NCBI RefSeq assembly: GCF_963921235.1
Contig: NC_086108.1
Coordinates: 113,524,001 to 113,588,000 of the forward strand
Origin: Mobula hypostoma
Taxonomy: Eukaryota
Direction: 5' to 3'
DNA length: 64,000 bases
The notes under the pieces: generated by a model
The model's input: only the letters and a program-made list of their open reading frames with translations
Told to the model about the DNA's origin: nothing
Databases searched by the model: none
Translations under genes and position numbers: made by a program
Part shown: positions 51,501 to 64,000 of the stretch, one piece after another
How positions within the stretch are numbered: position 1 is the stretch's first letter
How the letters are laid out: every line of letters starts with the position of its first letter

Positions 51501-52039
51501 GGTGAACAGAGTAAGGGAATGCTGCGGTGGAGTACTGTATAAAACATTATACCTAGTATTCATTCACTCACCGCACCCCAATCCCTCCCCACCAAGAAAT
51601 AATGATAAAGATCCCAGGGCAACATTTTGAAAACATTGCTATTTGTAAACTATCTTCAAAGGGGTATAGGAGAGTAAATTTAGGCAGGTTTTTCCCACTG
51701 AAGTTCGGTGAGAGTGAAAACAGAGTTTTGGGTCAAGGGTGAAAGGTGAAATGTTTAAGGGGAAAATGAGGGAGAACTTTTTCACTCACAGGGTGGTGAG
51801 AATGTGGAATGAGTTGCTAAATGAATTGGTGGATACGGGTTAGAATTCAACACTTAAGATCTGATTGGACAGGTACATGAACGAGAGGGTATGAATACCT
51901 ATGGTCTGGGTTCAGGTTGATTGGTCTAGACAGAATAACAGTTCTAGATGGGCTGAATGGGTTGCTTCTGTGCTGCAGTGCTCTATGACTCTAAAACTGC
52001 TGCAGTTCCCGTGATAACCAGTGAGAACAATTTATTGTT

Positions 52040-52817
52040 AGACCATAAGACATCGGAGCAGAATTAGGCCATCTGGCCCATCGAGTCTGCTCCACCATTC
52101 AATCATGGCTGATCCTTTTACCTACCTCCTCCTCAACCCTATCTCAGCCTTCTCCCTGTAACCTTTGATGCCATGTCCAATCAAGTCCCTCAATCTCTGC
52201 CTTAAATACACCCAACAACCTGGCCTCCACAGTTGCATGTGGCAACAAATTCCACAAATTCACCACCTTTTGGCTAAAGAAATTTCTCCAAATCTCTGTT
52301 TTGAAAGGACGCCCCTCTATCCTGAGGCTGTGTCGTCTTCTCCTCGACTCTCCCACAATGGGAAACATTCTTTCCACATCTACTCTGTCTAGGACTTTCA
52401 ACATTTGAAAGGTTTCAATCAGATCCCCCTTCAACCTTCTGAATTCCAGCAAGTACAGACCCAGAGCCATCAAACATTTCTCGTATGATAACCCTTTCAT
52501 TCCTGGAATCATCCTTGTGAACCTCCTCTGGACCCTCTCCAATGCCAGCACATCCTTTCTAAGTTGCGGGGCCCAAAACTGTTCACAATACTCAATGTGA
52601 GGCCTCACCAGTGCCTTATAAAGCCTCAGCATCACATCCCTGCTCTTGTATTCTTGACCTTTTGAAATGAATGCTAACATTGCATTTGCCTTCCTCACCA
52701 CTGACTCGACCTTCAGGGTGTTCTGTACAAGGGCTCCCAACACCCTCTGCATCACAGATCCCTGTATTTTCTCCCGGTTTAGAAAATAGTCCGCACATTT
52801 ATTTCTACTACCAAAGT
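52040..52817 (-). mobile_element. CR1 LINE 3' fragment
   Basis: C-terminal part of ORF 52144..52977 ([27 protein letters not shown]). Confidence 0.9.
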
Positions 52818-53156
52818 GCGAAGTGTTAGAGAGCCACTCAGCACAGATGAAGGGGAAACACCTGGGATATCCTGCTTGGGAATGATGGGAGTTTAGAAGT
52901 TTGTGACCAGAAGAATCCCGTTCAGGGTGAAGAGGCCCAGCTCCCTGCAGGAGGCTAATCATCAATGACTGCTCCATGTACTAACTCCATCTTCCAGCAT
53001 CTGTCCAATGCAGGTCATCTCAGCATTAGTAAAGCAGTGAAAAATTTGAACGTGGGAAGGGAAGCTCGAGGATATGGTATGTCAGTGAAGACATCAGCTC
53101 AGGGTGCCATCTAGTGTACGAAGCACCGACTCCCTGCTGACAATAACAATTGAATC

Positions 53157-53463
53157 AGAGAGAGAGAGAGAGAGAGTGTGTGTGTGTGTGTTTGTGTATG
53201 CATGTGTATGCATGTGCGTGTGTGTCTGTGTATGCATGTGTATGCATGTGTGTTTGTGTGTGTGTTTGTGTGTGCATGCGTGTGTGTGTGTGTGTGTGTG
53301 TTTGTGTGTGTATGTGTGAGTGTGTGTGTGTGTATGCATGTGTATGTGTGTGTGTGCATGCGTGTGTGTGTGTGTGAGTGTGTGTGTGTGCATGCGTGTG
53401 TGTGTGTGTGAGTGTGTGTGTATGCATGTGTGTGTGTGTGTGTATGCATGTGTGTGTGTGTGC

Positions 53464-53498
<35 letters not shown>

Positions 53499-53524
53499 CA
53501 TGTGTGTGTGTTTGTGTGTGTATG

Positions 53525-53555
<31 letters not shown>

Positions 53556-53574
53556 ATGTGTGTGTGTGTGTATG

Positions 53575-53609
<35 letters not shown>

Positions 53610-53654
53610 TTGTGTGTGTATGTGTGTGTGTGTATGTGTGTGTGTGTATGTTTG

Positions 53655-53688
<34 letters not shown>

Positions 53689-53754
53689 AGTGTGTGTGCG
53701 TGTGTGTGTTTGTGTGTATATGTGTGTGTGTATGTGTGTGTATGCATGTGTGTG

Positions 53755-53790
<36 letters not shown>

Positions 53791-53806
53791 TGTGTGTGTG
53801 TGTATG

Positions 53807-53841
<35 letters not shown>

Positions 53842-53950
53842 TTGTGTGTGTATGTGTGTGTGTGTGTTTGTGTGTGTATGTGTGTGTGTGTATGTGTGTG
53901 TGAGTGTGTGTGCGTGTGTGTGTTTGTGTGTATATGTGTGTGTGTGTATG

Positions 53951-53997
<47 letters not shown>
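53157..53997. repeat. (GA)n followed by an ~820-bp imperfect (TG)n microsatellite
   Basis: Read directly; explains the HT/CV-repeat ORFs. Confidence 0.98.
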
Positions 53998-53999
<2 letters not shown>

Positions 54000-54136
54000 A
54001 TTTTATTTGACCATTATTTGTTCAGCATGATCTTTCTCCTGATTTCCATAAATGTGCTGGTGATCATCACCTTATGAAAAGGGCAGCATCCAGCTGGTTT
54101 CCAGCTTATCGGCATATGTGCAAATATGAAAATGCA

Positions 54137-54321
54137 AATGACACTCTGGTTTTGTAAATGTGCGATCAAAATCTCAGCTTTTAAATCAAATGTTCATTTA
54201 TAAAGAGTTTGAATACTTCATTCAAACACTTCATATTCAAAAGTATAACACTCTTTATAATTGAACATTTGATTTAAAAACTGAGATTTTGACCGCACAT
54301 CTACAAAACAAGAGTGGCATT
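54137..54321. repeat. AT-rich inverted repeat, ~81-bp arms and 22-nt loop
   Basis: 54137-54218 matches the reverse complement of 54241-54321 with about eight differences. Confidence 0.9.
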
Positions 54322-54661
54322 CACAGCATCAAAAAGAAATACTTCTCATAATGGTGAGTCCTGATGAAGGGTGTCGAACTGAAATATCGCCTGTTTATTC
54401 ATTTCTACAGATGCTGTATTCTAACTTCCTGCTCTTATAGTCGAAGCTCCTGGTAATGAAGGCAAGTCTCAGCTCTAAGACTTTTGCCTCAATACCTCCC
54501 AATGCAAATAGATCCTCGATCTCATCCCTTGCAGACCACAGTCAGTAAGGATTGGTAACATCTCCTCCACAAGGCTCTGTGCTCAGCCCCCTGCTCTACT
54601 TGCTTTACACTTATGACCATGTAGCTGAGTACGGCTACAACACCATATTGAAATTTACTGA

Positions 54662-55883
54662 AGGGCAGATCGTGTCTAACAAGCCTGATAGAGTTCTTTG
54701 AGGAGGTGACCAGGCATATAGAGGAGGGTAGTGCAGTGGATGTGATCTATATGGATTTTAGTAAGGCATTTGATAAGGTTCCACACGGTAGGCTTATTCA
54801 GAAAGTCAGAAGGCATGGGATCCAGGGAAGTTTGGCCAGGTGGATTCAGAATTGGCTTGCCTGCAGAAGGCAGAGGGTGGTGGTGGAGGGAGTACATTCA
54901 GATTGGAGGATTGTGACTAGTAGTGTCCCACAAGGATCTGTTCTGGGACCTCTACTTTTCGTGATTTTTATTAACAACCTGGATGTGGGGGTAGAAGGGT
55001 GGGTTGGCAAGTTTGCAGACGACACAAAGGTTGGTGGTGTTGTGGATAGTGTAGAGGATTGTCGAAGATTGCAGAGAGACATTGATAGGATGCTGAAGTG
55101 GGCCGAGAAGTGGCAGATGGAGTTCAACCAGGAGAAGTGTGAGGTGGTACACTTTGGAAGGACAAACTCCAAGGCAGAGTACAAAGTAAATGGCAGGATA
55201 CTTGGTAGTGTGGAGGAGCAGAGGGATCTCGAGGTACATGTCCACAGATCCCTGAAAGTTGCCTCACAGGTAGATAGGGTAGTTAAGAAAGCTTATGGGG
55301 TGTTAGCTTTCATAAGTCGAGGGACAGAGTTTAAGAGCCACGAGGTAATGATGCAGCTCTATAAAACTCTGGTTAGGCCACACTTGGAGAACTGTGTCCA
55401 GTTCTGGTCACCTCACTATAGGAAGGATGAGAAAGCATTGGAAAGGGTACAGAGGCGATTTACCAGGATGCTGCCTGGTTTCGAGAGTATGCATTATAAT
55501 TAGAGATTAAGGGGGCTAGGGCTTTACTCTTTGGAGAGAAGGAGGATGAGAGGAGACATGATAGAGGTGTACAAGATAATAAGAGGAATAGATAGAGAGG
55601 ATAGCCAGCGCCTCTTCCCCAGGGCACCACTGCTCAGTACAAGAGGACATGGCTTTGAGGTAAGGGGTGGGAAGTTCAAGGGGGATATTAGAGGAAGGTT
55701 TTTTACTCAGAGAGTGGTTGGTGCGTGGAATACACTGCCTGAGTCAGTGGTGGAGGCAGATATACTAGTGAAGTTTAAGAGACTACTGGACAGATATATG
55801 AAGGAATTTAAGGTGGGGGGTTATATGGGAGGCGGAGTTTGAGGGTCAGCACAACATTGTGGGCCGAAGGGCCTGTAATGTGC
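54662..55883 (+). mobile_element. 5'-truncated CR1 LINE inserted in a Rex1-like fragment
   Basis: ORFs 54706..55503 and 55531..55842 are in frame, separated by one stop. Confidence 0.95.
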
Positions 55884-55959
55884 TGTACTATTCTATATTC
55901 TATGATGGCCCCACTGTATTTGGCCAAATCAAAGGTGGTGACGAATCACCAAACACTCT

Positions 55960-58385
55960 TATGTTAACCCCTTCATTCCTGGAATCATCCTCGTGAACCT
56001 CCTCCGGACTCTCTCCAATGACAATACATCCTTTCCAAGATAAGGGCCCCATAACTGTTGACAATACTCCAAGTGCGGCCTGACTAGTGTCTTATAAAGC
56101 TTCAGCATTGTCTCCTTGCTTTTATATTCTATTCTCTTTGAAATAAATGCCAGCATTGCATTTACCTTCTTTAGCACAGACTCAACCTGTGATTTAACCT
56201 TCTGGGAGTCTAGCACGAGGATTCCTAAGTCCGTTTGCATCTCCGATGGTTGAACCTTCTCCCCATTTAGATAATAGTCTGCACTATTGTTCCATTTACC
56301 AGAATGTATTATTATTTATTTCCCAACACTACTCCATTTGCCACTTTATTGCTGATTCTTCCAATTTGTCTAAGTCCTGCTGCAATTGCATTGCTTCCTC
56401 AGCACTACCTACCCCTCCACCTACCTTTGTATCATCCACAAACTATATCAGAAAGCCATCAATTCCATTGTTGAAATCAACGACAAACAATGAGAAAAGT
56501 AGTGGTCTCAATACTGACCCCTGAGGAACACCACTAGTCACCGGCAGCCAACCAGAAAAGGCCCCCTTTATTCCCGCTCACTGCCTCCTGCCTGTCAGCC
56601 ATTCCTCTGTCCATGCCAATATCTTTCCTGTAACGCCATAGGATTTTATCTTGTTAAGCAGCCTCATGTGAGGCACCATATCAAATACGCTCTGAAAATC
56701 TAAGTAAGTGGCATCCACTGCCTCTCCTTTGTCCACCATGCTTGTTATTTCCTTGAAGAATTCTAACAGATTTGTCAAGCAAGATTTCCCTTTACAAAAA
56801 CCATGCTGACTTGCACTTATTTTGTCATTAGTCTCCAAGTACCCTGAAACCTTGTCCTTAATAATGGACTCAAACACTTTCCCCACCACTGAGGTTAGGC
56901 TAACTTCATTTCCTTTGTATAAGTTCCTTTTGTTTGCCTTCCTCCCTTCTTAAAGAGTGGAGTGACATTTGCAATCTCCCAGTCCTTGGGCACCAAGCCA
57001 GGTCAATGCATCCATCATCTCTTCAGCAACCTCTCTCAGGACTCTGGGATGTAGTCCATCTCGTACTGGTGACTTATCCACCTTAAGATCTTTGAGTTTG
57101 CCTAGCACTTTTTCCTTAGTAACAGCAATGACACTCACGGACCTCTGGCACACTGCTGGTGTATTCCACAGTGAAGACAGATGCAAAGTACCCATTGAGT
57201 ACATCTGCCATTTCTTTGTTCCCCATTACTACCTCCCCAGCATCATTTTCCAGTGGTCCAATATCAACTCTCATCTCCCTTTTACTCTTTATATAACTGA
57301 AAAAAAATTTAGTATCCTGCTTTATGTTTTTGGCTAATTTGCCCTCATATTTCATCTTTTCCCTTCTTAAGGCTTTTTTAGTTGTCTTTTGTTGGATTTT
57401 AAAAACTTCCCAATCATCCAACTACCCACTCACTTTTGCTACCTTATATGCCCTTTTATGCCACCCTTAACTTCCCTTGTCAGCCACAGTTGTCTACCGC
57501 TGCCATTTGAGAGCTTCTTCTGTGGGACATATCTATCCTGCACCTGGTTAGATATCCAGACTGCACCTGGAGACTGAGGTCCTTTAACATCTGCCGGACG
57601 ACGCTGAGGATGTTCTACGAGTCTGTGGTGGCCAGTGCTATCATGTTTGCTGTTGTGTGGTGGGGCAGCAGGCTGAGGGTAGCAGACACCAACAGAATCA
57701 ACAAACTCATTCATAAGGCCAGTGATGTTGTGGGGATGGAACTGGACTCTCTGACGGTGGTGTCTGAAAAGAGGATGCTGTCTAAGTTGCATGCCATTTT
57801 GGACAATGTCTCCCATCCACTACATAATGTACTGGGTGGGCACAGGAGTACATTCAGCCAGAGACTCATTCCACCGAGATGCAACACAGAGCGTCATAGG
57901 AAGTCATTCCTGCCTGTGGCCATCAAACTTTACAACTCCTCCCTTGGAGGGTCAGACACCCTGAGCCAATAGGCTGGTCCTGGACTTATCTCCTAGCATA
58001 ATTTACATATTACTATTTAACTATTTATGGTTTTATTACTATTTATTATCTATGGTGCAACTGTAACGAAAACCAGTTTCCCCTGGGATCAATAAAGTAT
58101 GACTATGACCTTGTGAACTATTCCCAGAAACTTCAGCCACCTTTGTTCTGTCGTCGTCCCCGCCAGGATCGTCCTCCAATTCACCTGGGCAAGCTCCTCT
58201 CTCACACCTCTATTAGTCCCTTTATTCCATTGCGACACTGATACATGTGACTTATACTTCTCCCTCTCAAATTGCAGTATGAATTCAATCATATTATGAT
58301 CATGCCTCATAAGGGTTCCTTTACGTTAAGCTCCCTAATAAGATCTGGGTTATTACACAACACCCAATCTAAGATAGCCTTTCCT
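55960..58385 (-). mobile_element. Degenerate CR1 LINE interrupted by a Rex1-like insertion
   Basis: ORFs 58089..58310, 57116..57421, 56578..56889 and 55959..56240. Confidence 0.9.
57546..58107 (+). mobile_element. Young Rex1/Babar-like 3' end
   Basis: MFYESVVASAIMFAVVWWG...RHRKSFLPVAIKLYN; GGGATCAATAAAG(TATGAC)n tail; ACCT repeated at both junctions. Confidence 0.85.
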
Positions 58386-58719
58386 TGAAATTTCTTGTTT
58401 TGCAGCAGCAGTAATTACAAAATACATAATTAAAAGACTATAAATTACAATAAGGAAGACATAGCATATTTATATAAATTTTAAACTGAATAAGTAGTGC
58501 AAAGAAAGTGAGGAGGAAAAAATTAGTGTGATAGTGTTCATGGGTTCATTGTCCATTCAGATACCTGATGGAAATTGCTTTTAAAACATTGTATGTGTGT
58601 CTTCAGGTTCCCGTATCTTCTCCTTGATGGTAGCAATGAGAAGAAAGCATGTCCTGGGTGGTGGGGGTCCTTAGTAACAGATTATGAGGAGAATTGATGT
58701 TATTTCCCAGGATTGAGAT

Positions 58720-58979
58720 TTTTTTTCTCTTTTGTGTGTCGCACCGGACAGTCAGCCATTCCTGTCTGGCGCGTGGTGTCAGGATTGGTCTCCTTTCAGA
58801 TTAACCGAGTCACGATATGAACGTTCCTGACTCGACCCTTTTTTTTCACGAGGCCTAGTGGCTAGCTCGACGCTCAACCCGGCACAGATGGAAAGTGTGC
58901 TCAGGGGTGGGCCGACCTGGATTTGAACTCGGGAACCTTCGCTCCGGAGTCTGGCGCTGATCCCATCGCGCTACCAGCC
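58720..58979 (-). mobile_element. tRNA-derived SINE
   Basis: Minus strand GGCTGGTAGCGCGATGG...GAGTTCAAATCC head; A-rich tail; TSD GGATTGAGAT at 58710-58719 and 58980-58989. Confidence 0.85.
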
Positions 58980-59149
58980 GGATTGAGATAGCATCAGAGG
59001 GCATGCATTTAAGGTGAGAGGAGGTAACTTCAAAGGAGATGTGAGGGGCAGGTTTTCGACGTAGAGAGTGATGTCTTTGATTGGAGAACGGCGATGGGGT
59101 AGTAGAAGCATTCCTGCATAAGTCCGGCGAAGAGCTATAAAAACAGTCT

Positions 59150-62100
59150 CCAAAAAAGCGGGGTACCAACTGGTGGAGCAACCATGGTCAGAGTGGTAAG
59201 GCTTTGGCTCAACAAGGGATCGGCACAAACAGGTGGAGGCAAGGTAAGCAGGTAATTTCATTCCTTATTTCTATCTAACTCTTGAGAAAATACAGAGTAT
59301 GTCTACAGGGCCAGTGTTCTGCTCTGGGTGTCAGATGTGGGACTTTGGGGAACTCCTAGCCTCCCTGATGGCCACATCTGCACCACGTGCATTGAGATAC
59401 AGCTCCTTATGAACTGTGTTAGGGAACTGGAGCTGCAGCTTGATGACCTTCAGCTTGTTAGGGAAGGTGAATCAGTGATAGACAGGAGCTACAGGGAGGT
59501 AGTCACCCCAGGGCTACAGGAGATAGATAAATGGGAGACTGTCAGGAGAGGAAAGGGAGAATGTTAGATAGTGGAGAGCATCCCTGTGGCCGTCCCCCTC
59601 AACAATAAGTACTCCATTTTGAGTATTGTTGGGTGAAGGGGTGTGGGAGACCTACCTGGGGGAAGCAACAGCGGTCACGCCCCTGGCACTGAGTCTGGCC
59701 CTGTGGCTCAGAAGGATAGGGAAACGAAGAGGATGGCAGCAGTAATAGGGGACTTCATAGTTAGAGGGACAGATAGGCGATTCTGTGGACGTGAAAAAGA
59801 AACGTGACTGCTGGTTTGCCTTCCAGGCGCCAGGGTCCACGATATCTCTGAAAACATCTACAGTATCTTGAAAAGGGAAGGTGAGCAGCCAGAAGTCATG
59901 GTACATATTGGTACCAACAACATAGGTAGAAAAAGGGAGGAGGTCCTGAAAACAGAATAAAGGTAGTAATCTCAGGATTGCTACGCCACACAACAGTGAG
60001 GCTAGGAATAGAATGAGGTGGTAGATAAATGTGTGGCTGAAGAATTGGGGCGGGGGGCCTGTGCAAAAAGGACAGGTTGCACTTGAATCCGAGGGGTCCA
60101 ACATTCTTGCGGGCAGGTTTACTAGAGCAGACAGGAGTGGTTTAAACTAAAATGGCAGGAAGATGGGAACTAGTATGATAGAGCTGAGGATGAGCCAGCA
60201 GGTTTACAAGTAGGTGATGGATGTAACATGAATGTAAAGAAGGACGAACCAATGATTGGGTACAAATGCAGACAGAACAAAGAGTTAAATTGTACTACAC
60301 AGGTAAATTTCAAAAGGGCAAAGAATGCAGGACTGAAGGTGCAGTATTTAAATGCACGTAGTACTCAGAATAAGGTGGACAAACTTGTGAGACAATTAGA
60401 GATTGGTCAGTATCACGTTGTGGGCATCACTGAGTTGTGGCTGAAAGAAGGCCATAGTTGGGAGCTTATCATCAAAGGATATACTTTGTATTGAAAGGAC
60501 AGGCAGGAAGGCATAGGGAGTGGTGTGGCTCTGTTGGTGAGAGATGGAATTATATCTTTAGAAAGAGGTGACATAGGATCAGCGAATATCAAATCTTTGT
60601 GGGTGGAGTTAAGAAACCTGAAGGGTTTAAAAAAACCATTATGAGAACCATAAATAGGCCTCCAAATAGTAGCCGAGATGTGGGGTTGAGATTGCAAAGT
60701 GAGCTGGAAAAGGCCTGTAATAAGGGTAATGTCATAATTGTAATGGAGGACTTCAATATACAAGGGGATTGGGAAAATCTGGATGGTGTCAGTTCACAAG
60801 AGAGGGAATTTGTTGAATGCCTACAAGATGGCTTTTTAGAGTAGCTTGTGCTTGAGCCTACTCGGGGAAAGGCTAACTTAGGTTGGGTGTTGTGTTATAA
60901 TCCAGATTTTATTAGTCAGCTTAACATAAAAGTACCCTCAGGAGGCAGTGATCATACTGTGATTGAATTCATACTGCAATTTGAGAGGGAGAAGCATAAC
61001 TCACGTGTATCAGTATCACAATGGAGTAAAGGGAATTACAGAGGCATGAGAGAGGAGCTTCCCAGGTGGATTGGAGGAGGATACTGGTGGGGATGACGAT
61101 AGAACAAAGATGGCTGAAGTTTCTGGGAATAGTTCACAAGGTGCAGGATAGATATGTCCCACAGAAGAAGCTCTCAAATGGCAGCGGTAGACAACTGTGG
61201 CTGACAAGGGAAGTTAAGGGTGGCATAAAAGGGCATATAAGGTAGCAAAAGTGAGTGGGTAGTTGGATGATTGGGAAGTTTTTAAAATCCAACAAAAGAC
61301 AACTAAAAAAGCCTTAAGAAGGGAAAAGATGAAATATGAGGGCAAACTAGCCAAAAATATAAAGCAGGGTACTAAAAGTTTTTTCTGTTATATAAAGAGT
61401 AAAAGAGAGGTGAGAGTTAATATTGCACCACTGGAAAATGATGCTGGTGAGGTGGTAATGGGGGACAAAGAAATGGCAGATGTACTCAATGGGTACTTTG
61501 CATCTGTCTTCACTGTGGAAGACACCAGCAGTGTGCCAGAGGTCCATGAGTGTCAGGGAGCAGGAGTGAGTGTCATCGCTATTACAGAGGAAAAAGAGCT
61601 GGACAATCTCAAAGGTCTTAAGGTGAATAAGTCACCTGGGCAAGATGAACTACATCCCAGAGTCCTGATAGAGGCTGCTGAAGAGATAACGTTTGCATTT
61701 GTCACGATCTTTTAAGAATCACATCGGATTGGGGTGGTCCAGGAGGACTGGAAAATTATAGGCTAGTTAGCCTAACCTCAGAGCCAGGGAAAGTGTTGGC
61801 GACTGTTATTAAGAATGAAGTTTCGGGCTGATTAGAGACTAATGATAAAATAAGTCAAAGTCAGCATAGTTTCTGTAAAGGGAAATCTTGCCTGAAAAAT
61901 CTGTTAGAGTCCTTCGAGGAAATAACAAGCAGGGCGGACAAATGAGAGGCAGTGGATGCCATTTACTTGGATTTCCAGAAGACATTTGATAAGGTGCCAC
62001 ACTCATGAGTCTGCTTAACAAGATAAAATCATATGATGTTACAGAATAGATATTGGCATGGACAGAGGAATGTCTGACAGGCAGGAGGCAGCGAGTGGGA

Positions 62101-63295
62101 ATAAAGGGGGCCTTTTCTGGTTGGCTACCAGTGTCTAGTGGTGTTCCTCAGAGGTCAGTATTCACATTGCTTGTCAGTGATTTAGATAATGGAATTGATG
62201 GCTCTCTGATGAAGTTTGCAGATGATATGAAGATAGGGTGGAGAGGTAGATAGTGCTGAGGAAGCAACATGATTGCAGCAGCTATTGGAAGAACAGGCAA
62301 AAAATTCACAAATGGAATACACCGTGGGGAAATGTATGATAATGCATTTGATAAAAGGAACAATAGTGCAGTCTATTATCTAAACGGGGAGAAAATTCAA
62401 ACATTAGAAGGACTTAGGAGTCCTCGTGCAAGACTCCTAGAAGATTAATTTACAGGTTGAGTCTGTGGTAAAGAAGGCAAATCTATGCAATCTGTGGAAT
62501 TCTCTGCCCAATGCAGCAGCAGAGGCTGCCTCAGTAAATATATTTAAGACAAGGTTGGATAGAGTTTTGCATCGTAGGGGAATTAAAGGTTGGGGGGATT
62601 TGGCAGGTAGGTGGAGATGAGTCCATGGCCAGATCAGCCATGATCTTATTTAATGGCGGAGCAGGCTCGACGGGCCAGATGGCCGACTCCTGCTCCTATT
62701 TCTTATGTTTTTAAATGTAATGTTGGTACTTATTTCAAGGGGAATAGAATATAAAAGCAAGGAGATAATGCTGAAGCTTTATAAGACACTAGTCAGGCCG
62801 TACTTGGAGTATATCAACAAATTTGGGCCCCATATCTCAGAAAGGGTGTGTTGTCATTGGACAGAGTCTAGAGGAGGTTCATGATGATAATTCCAGGAAT
62901 AAAGGGATTAACATATGAGGAATGTTTGACAGTTTTGGGCCTGTACTCACTAGAATTCGGAAGAATGCAGGGGGATCTCACTGAAACTTACCAAACATTG
63001 AAAGGACTAGATGGGGTGGACGTGGAGAGGATGTTTCCTATGGTGAGGGTATCCAGCACAGCTTCAAAATTTAGGAGTGACCTTTTAGAACAGAAGTAAG
63101 GAGGAATTTTTTTTAGCTAGAGAGTGGTGAATCTGTGGAATGCTCTGCCACAGACTGCCGTGGAGACCAAGTCTGTGAGTATATTTAAAACGGAATTTGA
63201 TAGTTTCCTGATTAGTCAGGGCCTCAAAGGCGAGAAGACAGATGAATGGGGTTGAGTGGGATCCGGGATCAGCCATGATGGAATGGTGGAGCAGA
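59150..63295 (+). mobile_element. Near full-length decayed CR1 LINE: ORF1 (zinc finger/leucine zipper and SGNH esterase) and ORF2 (AP endonuclease and RT)
   Basis: HICTTC...VRELELQLDDL; VIGDFIVRG; VHIGTNNIG; YLNARS...VVGITELWL; NRPPNS; SDHTVIEF; KFADD. Many stops; a small CR1 3' piece is nested at ~62484-62712. Confidence 0.9.
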
Positions 63296-64000
63296 ACTTA
63301 AGGAGGATGAACTCTCACAAGGCGGCAGACCCTGATGGACTACCTGGTAAGGGTCTGAAAACATGCCAACTGACTGGTGGGGGTATTCAAAGACATTTTC
63401 AATCTCTCATTCAGGGTCCAGCTGCTTCAAAAGGACAACAATTATACCAGTGCCCAAGAAGAGCAGAGTGATCACAAACAAGAGATAATCTGCAGATGCT
63501 GGAAATCCAAGTAACACACACAAAATGGTGGAGCAGTGTGAGCTACCTTAATGACTTTAGGCCAGTAGCACTCACATCTATGGTAATGAAATGCTTTGAG
63601 AGGTTGCTCATGGCTAGAAGCAACTCGTGCCTCAGCGGGGATCTGGACCTGCTGCAATTTGCCTATCGCCACAATAGGTCTACAGTGGACACGATCTCAA
63701 TGGCTCTCCGTGCGACCTTGGATCACCTGGACAATACACATACTTACAGTATGTAGGATGCTGTTCATTGACCTTAGCTCAGCGTTAAACAACATCATTC
63801 CTATAGTCCTGATCAATAAGCTACAGAACCTGGGCCTCTGTACCTCCCTCTGCAACTGATCCTCAATTTCCTAACCGGAAGACCGCAATCAGTGCGGATT
63901 GGTAATAGCATATCCTCCTCACTGACGATCAACACTGGCGCACCTCAGGGGTGTGTGCTTAGCCCACTGCTCTACCCTCTCTATACCCATGACTGTGTGG
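63296..64000 (+). mobile_element. Rex1/Babar-like RT fragment with a tiny Penelope stub at ~63472-63529
   Basis: [66 protein letters not shown]. Confidence 0.85.

Noticed and set aside
53094..54030. Long His-Thr and Cys-Val rich ORFs
   Set aside because: Translations of the (TG)n microsatellite.

Overview
Eukaryotic, repeat-saturated non-coding DNA. The mix of CR1-type LINEs, V-domain (HE1-like) SINEs, Penelope-like elements and a Deu-domain-derived minisatellite points to a cartilaginous fish, probably a ray or shark (inference). No intact host gene is visible. Nearly every ORF in the track is a retroelement fragment (CR1, Tx1/L1, Rex1/Babar, R4/Dong, Penelope), a Tc1 fragment or a simple-repeat artefact. 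Highlights: (1) an isolated, disabled 109-nt exon matching ACADM (MCAD) exon 8 at 3020-3128 (-), with a TGA at a conserved Arg and no acceptor AG; (2) at least six short Penelope-derived fold-back insertions, five with clear 12-16 bp target-site duplications, most carrying minimal hammerhead ribozyme motifs, including a perfect 110-bp palindrome with a hammerhead on each strand; (3) a decayed HDV-like ribozyme candidate in an RTE-like 5' end; (4) two minisatellites seeded from transposon sequence; (5) a ~185-bp AT-rich hairpin; (6) a 208-bp tract identical between two inverted, otherwise diverged CR1 copies; (7) two solo LTRs with TSDs. Family assignments come from motif recognition by eye, and most element boundaries are approximate.
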